Source of the DNA: Octopus bimaculoides
Taxonomy: Eukaryota
NCBI RefSeq assembly: GCF_001194135.2
Contig: NC_069004.1
Location: 32,930,533-32,967,624, forward strand
Length of the DNA stretch: 37,092 nt
Direction of reading: 5' to 3'
Below the pieces are notes generated by a model. That model made no database searches. It was not told the origin of the DNA and saw only the letters and a program-made list of their open reading frames with translations. The translations under genes and the position numbers were made by a program. Below are positions 35,186 through 37,092 of this stretch, piece by piece (positions within the stretch are counted from its first letter, which is position 1; each line of letters starts with the position of its first letter).

Positions 35186-35312
35186 TGTAGTTGTTAAAGG
35201 CTGGTTTCAATTTGTTTATAAGGAAGATTTCCATAATTCTGAGATTGCCCCTGTTGCGTTGGGTTGCCTTGACAACAGGGGCGGAACTACACGAAGCAGA
35301 TTGGTTGCTATC
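35184..35312 (-). mobile_element. Penelope-like GIY-YIG endonuclease C-terminal remnant, copy 2
   Basis: Within ORF 35115-35438: VVKATQRNRGNLRIMEIFLINKLKPAFN; paralogous to 32521-32645. Confidence 0.62.
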
Positions 35313-35569
35313 ACAATTGCAGTCCGCGTGTATCGCCTTTCTCCTTTCTCCCTCACCACCAAACACCCACACACGTCTGTGAAAGAAACTTTTCCCCCAA
35401 TACGAATTTTCCCATAGTCCTGAAGAAGTGGTCTTCACCTCGAATTAGAGATATACAAAGTAAAACTGTAACTTGTTCTGTTTTCTTTTCAATTTGTAGT
35501 CTTCTTTGTACTTCTTTGCCTTGTTCCGGCATTATACAACTGCTTTCTTTAAATTATACTTCACAATGC

Positions 35570-35609
<40 letters not shown>

Positions 35610-36570
35610 GACACACACACACACACACATTGCGAGCCATTCTTTACCGCCTTTAGCTGTTATATTTTCTATAAATAACTCAACATGATACACGTGTACA
35701 ATCGTAAGTACACTTATGATTGTATGACTGCAGTCAAATACCTGAAGCAAATTAAAGATTAAAGTTATATATAATGTGGAACGAAATTTTCAATCACAAC
35801 ATTATACTCCGTTCCAAGGCTTCAATTCTATATATGTGCATATATTTACTCGAACGCTGATATGTATCAATGGTTTCTTCCATTGCCGTGATGCACCATT
35901 TTCTATCATTATCAGAACTGTTAGCATTTTTGACGACACGGGTATGCTAGTGTAATAATATTATCTAAGTAAACGCAATCGTGATGCGGAGATACGTTAA
36001 TTGTATAACTGGCATGTGATCGGGTTTCGATTCCTAGATCCGAAGCGCTTCACTTATTTTCTTATTGCCTTTAGGATAGGCAAGGACGTGCCAGCTTCCT
36101 GTTTCCTCTTCTTATTCATTAAAAACTAAGGCTTCATGTATCATTAAATAACTCATTACACACACATACACGCATGCACACGCATATACTCATACATCCA
36201 CATCCACATCCACACATACACAGAGGCACGCGTAAATAAACGCAGATTAAGGTTTCATGTCTCGTTAGGGAAATTGATTACGTATAAACAGACGCACACA
36301 CACGCATCTCAAGCACACTTTTATTCCATACACGCATGTTTATACATACATACATACATACATATATATGTAGGTATGTACATATATGTGTGTATATAAA
36401 TATATACACACATATACATATATACATACACACACAAATGTATTTATGTATATATACACACTCACACACATATATATACAAACATGAACAAACAAGAAAA
36501 AATAACAACGCGAGGACGTGGAATAAGTAGTGTTATTGGACGCTCAGGAAAGGAAAGAAAAGAAAGAGGG

Positions 36571-36603
36571 TTTAACGTTTCGATCGGAGATCTTCGTCAG
36601 AAA
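36571..36603 (-). ncRNA. Ultra-minimal type I hammerhead motif, intact core
   Basis: Minus strand TTT-CTGACGA(36600-36594)-A-GATC tcc GATC-GAAA(36581-36578)-C-GTT-AAA; stem III replaced by the ACGT palindrome; stem I only 3 bp. Confidence 0.6.
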
Positions 36604-36803
36604 TATAGAAACAGTCCAAAGAAGGGGAGACGGAGAAAGAAAATCGCCAACGATACACACGCGGTCACATATTGAAATGGTATATATACATGAATACATA
36701 AATATATATGTATGCATATATATATATATGCATATGCACACACACTCACACACACACACACACACACACATACACACACACACACACATATAATATATAT
36801 ATA

Positions 36804-36988
36804 GGCGCAGGAGTGGTTGTGTGGTAAGTAGCTTGTTTACCAACCACATGGTTCCGAGTTCAGTCCCACTGCGTGGCATCTTGGGCAAGTGTCTTATACT
36901 ATAGCCTCGGACCGATCAAAGCCTTGTGAGTGGATTTGGTAGACGGAAACTGAAAGAAGCCCGTCATATCATATATATATATATGTGT

Positions 36989-37026
<38 letters not shown>

Positions 37027-37092
37027 CTGTGTCTGTGTTTGTCCCCCCGCCTTCACTTGACAACCGATGCTGGTGTGTTTACGTCCCCATAA
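36804..37092 (+). mobile_element. Family A SINE with internal microsatellite and tail module (cut by window end)
   Basis: A-box-like tggttgtgtggtaag, B-box-like gagttcagtcc, body to 36965, (AT)n(GT)n, then tail tttgtcccccc...gacaaccgatgctggtgtgtttacgtcccc. Confidence 0.92.

Noticed and set aside
35420-35448. CTGAAGA followed by a weak hairpin and CGAATTAG
   Set aside because: No GAAA or NUH, poor stem II, and antisense to the adjacent PLE remnant.
1252-36888. Dozens of ORFs rich in YI, CV, HT, LS, poly-H/T/V or X
   Set aside because: They are translations of microsatellites or N-gaps with no domain-like content.

Overview
AT-rich eukaryotic, repeat-dominated, largely non-coding DNA from a gapped draft assembly (13 N-gaps, about 5.1 kb). 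The SINE families and dense (AT)n/(AC)n/(GATA)n microsatellites resemble an octopus-type cephalopod genome (inference from recognised repeat motifs, not a database hit). No complete host gene is recognisable, and nearly all listed ORFs are translated microsatellites or N-runs. Supported content: many tRNA-derived SINEs (including a tandem array), a 5' fragment of a Tc1/mariner transposon with an IR/DR-type left end, a 425-bp MITE with an 8-bp TSD, a foldback-like element, RTE-type LINE 3' remnants, Penelope-like (GIY-YIG) remnants, and a candidate promoter near 30.3-30.6 kb. The most interesting signal is a set of small type I hammerhead ribozyme motifs (CUGANGA...GAAA...NUH, with stem III reduced to a palindrome, as in Penelope-associated dimer-dependent hammerheads). 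Four have an intact catalytic core (1904-1997 -, 11007-11049 +, 32242-32336 +, 36571-36603 -) and several more are decayed; one pair forms a ~115-bp inverted repeat. All folds were checked by eye only, and none is shown to be transcribed or active.
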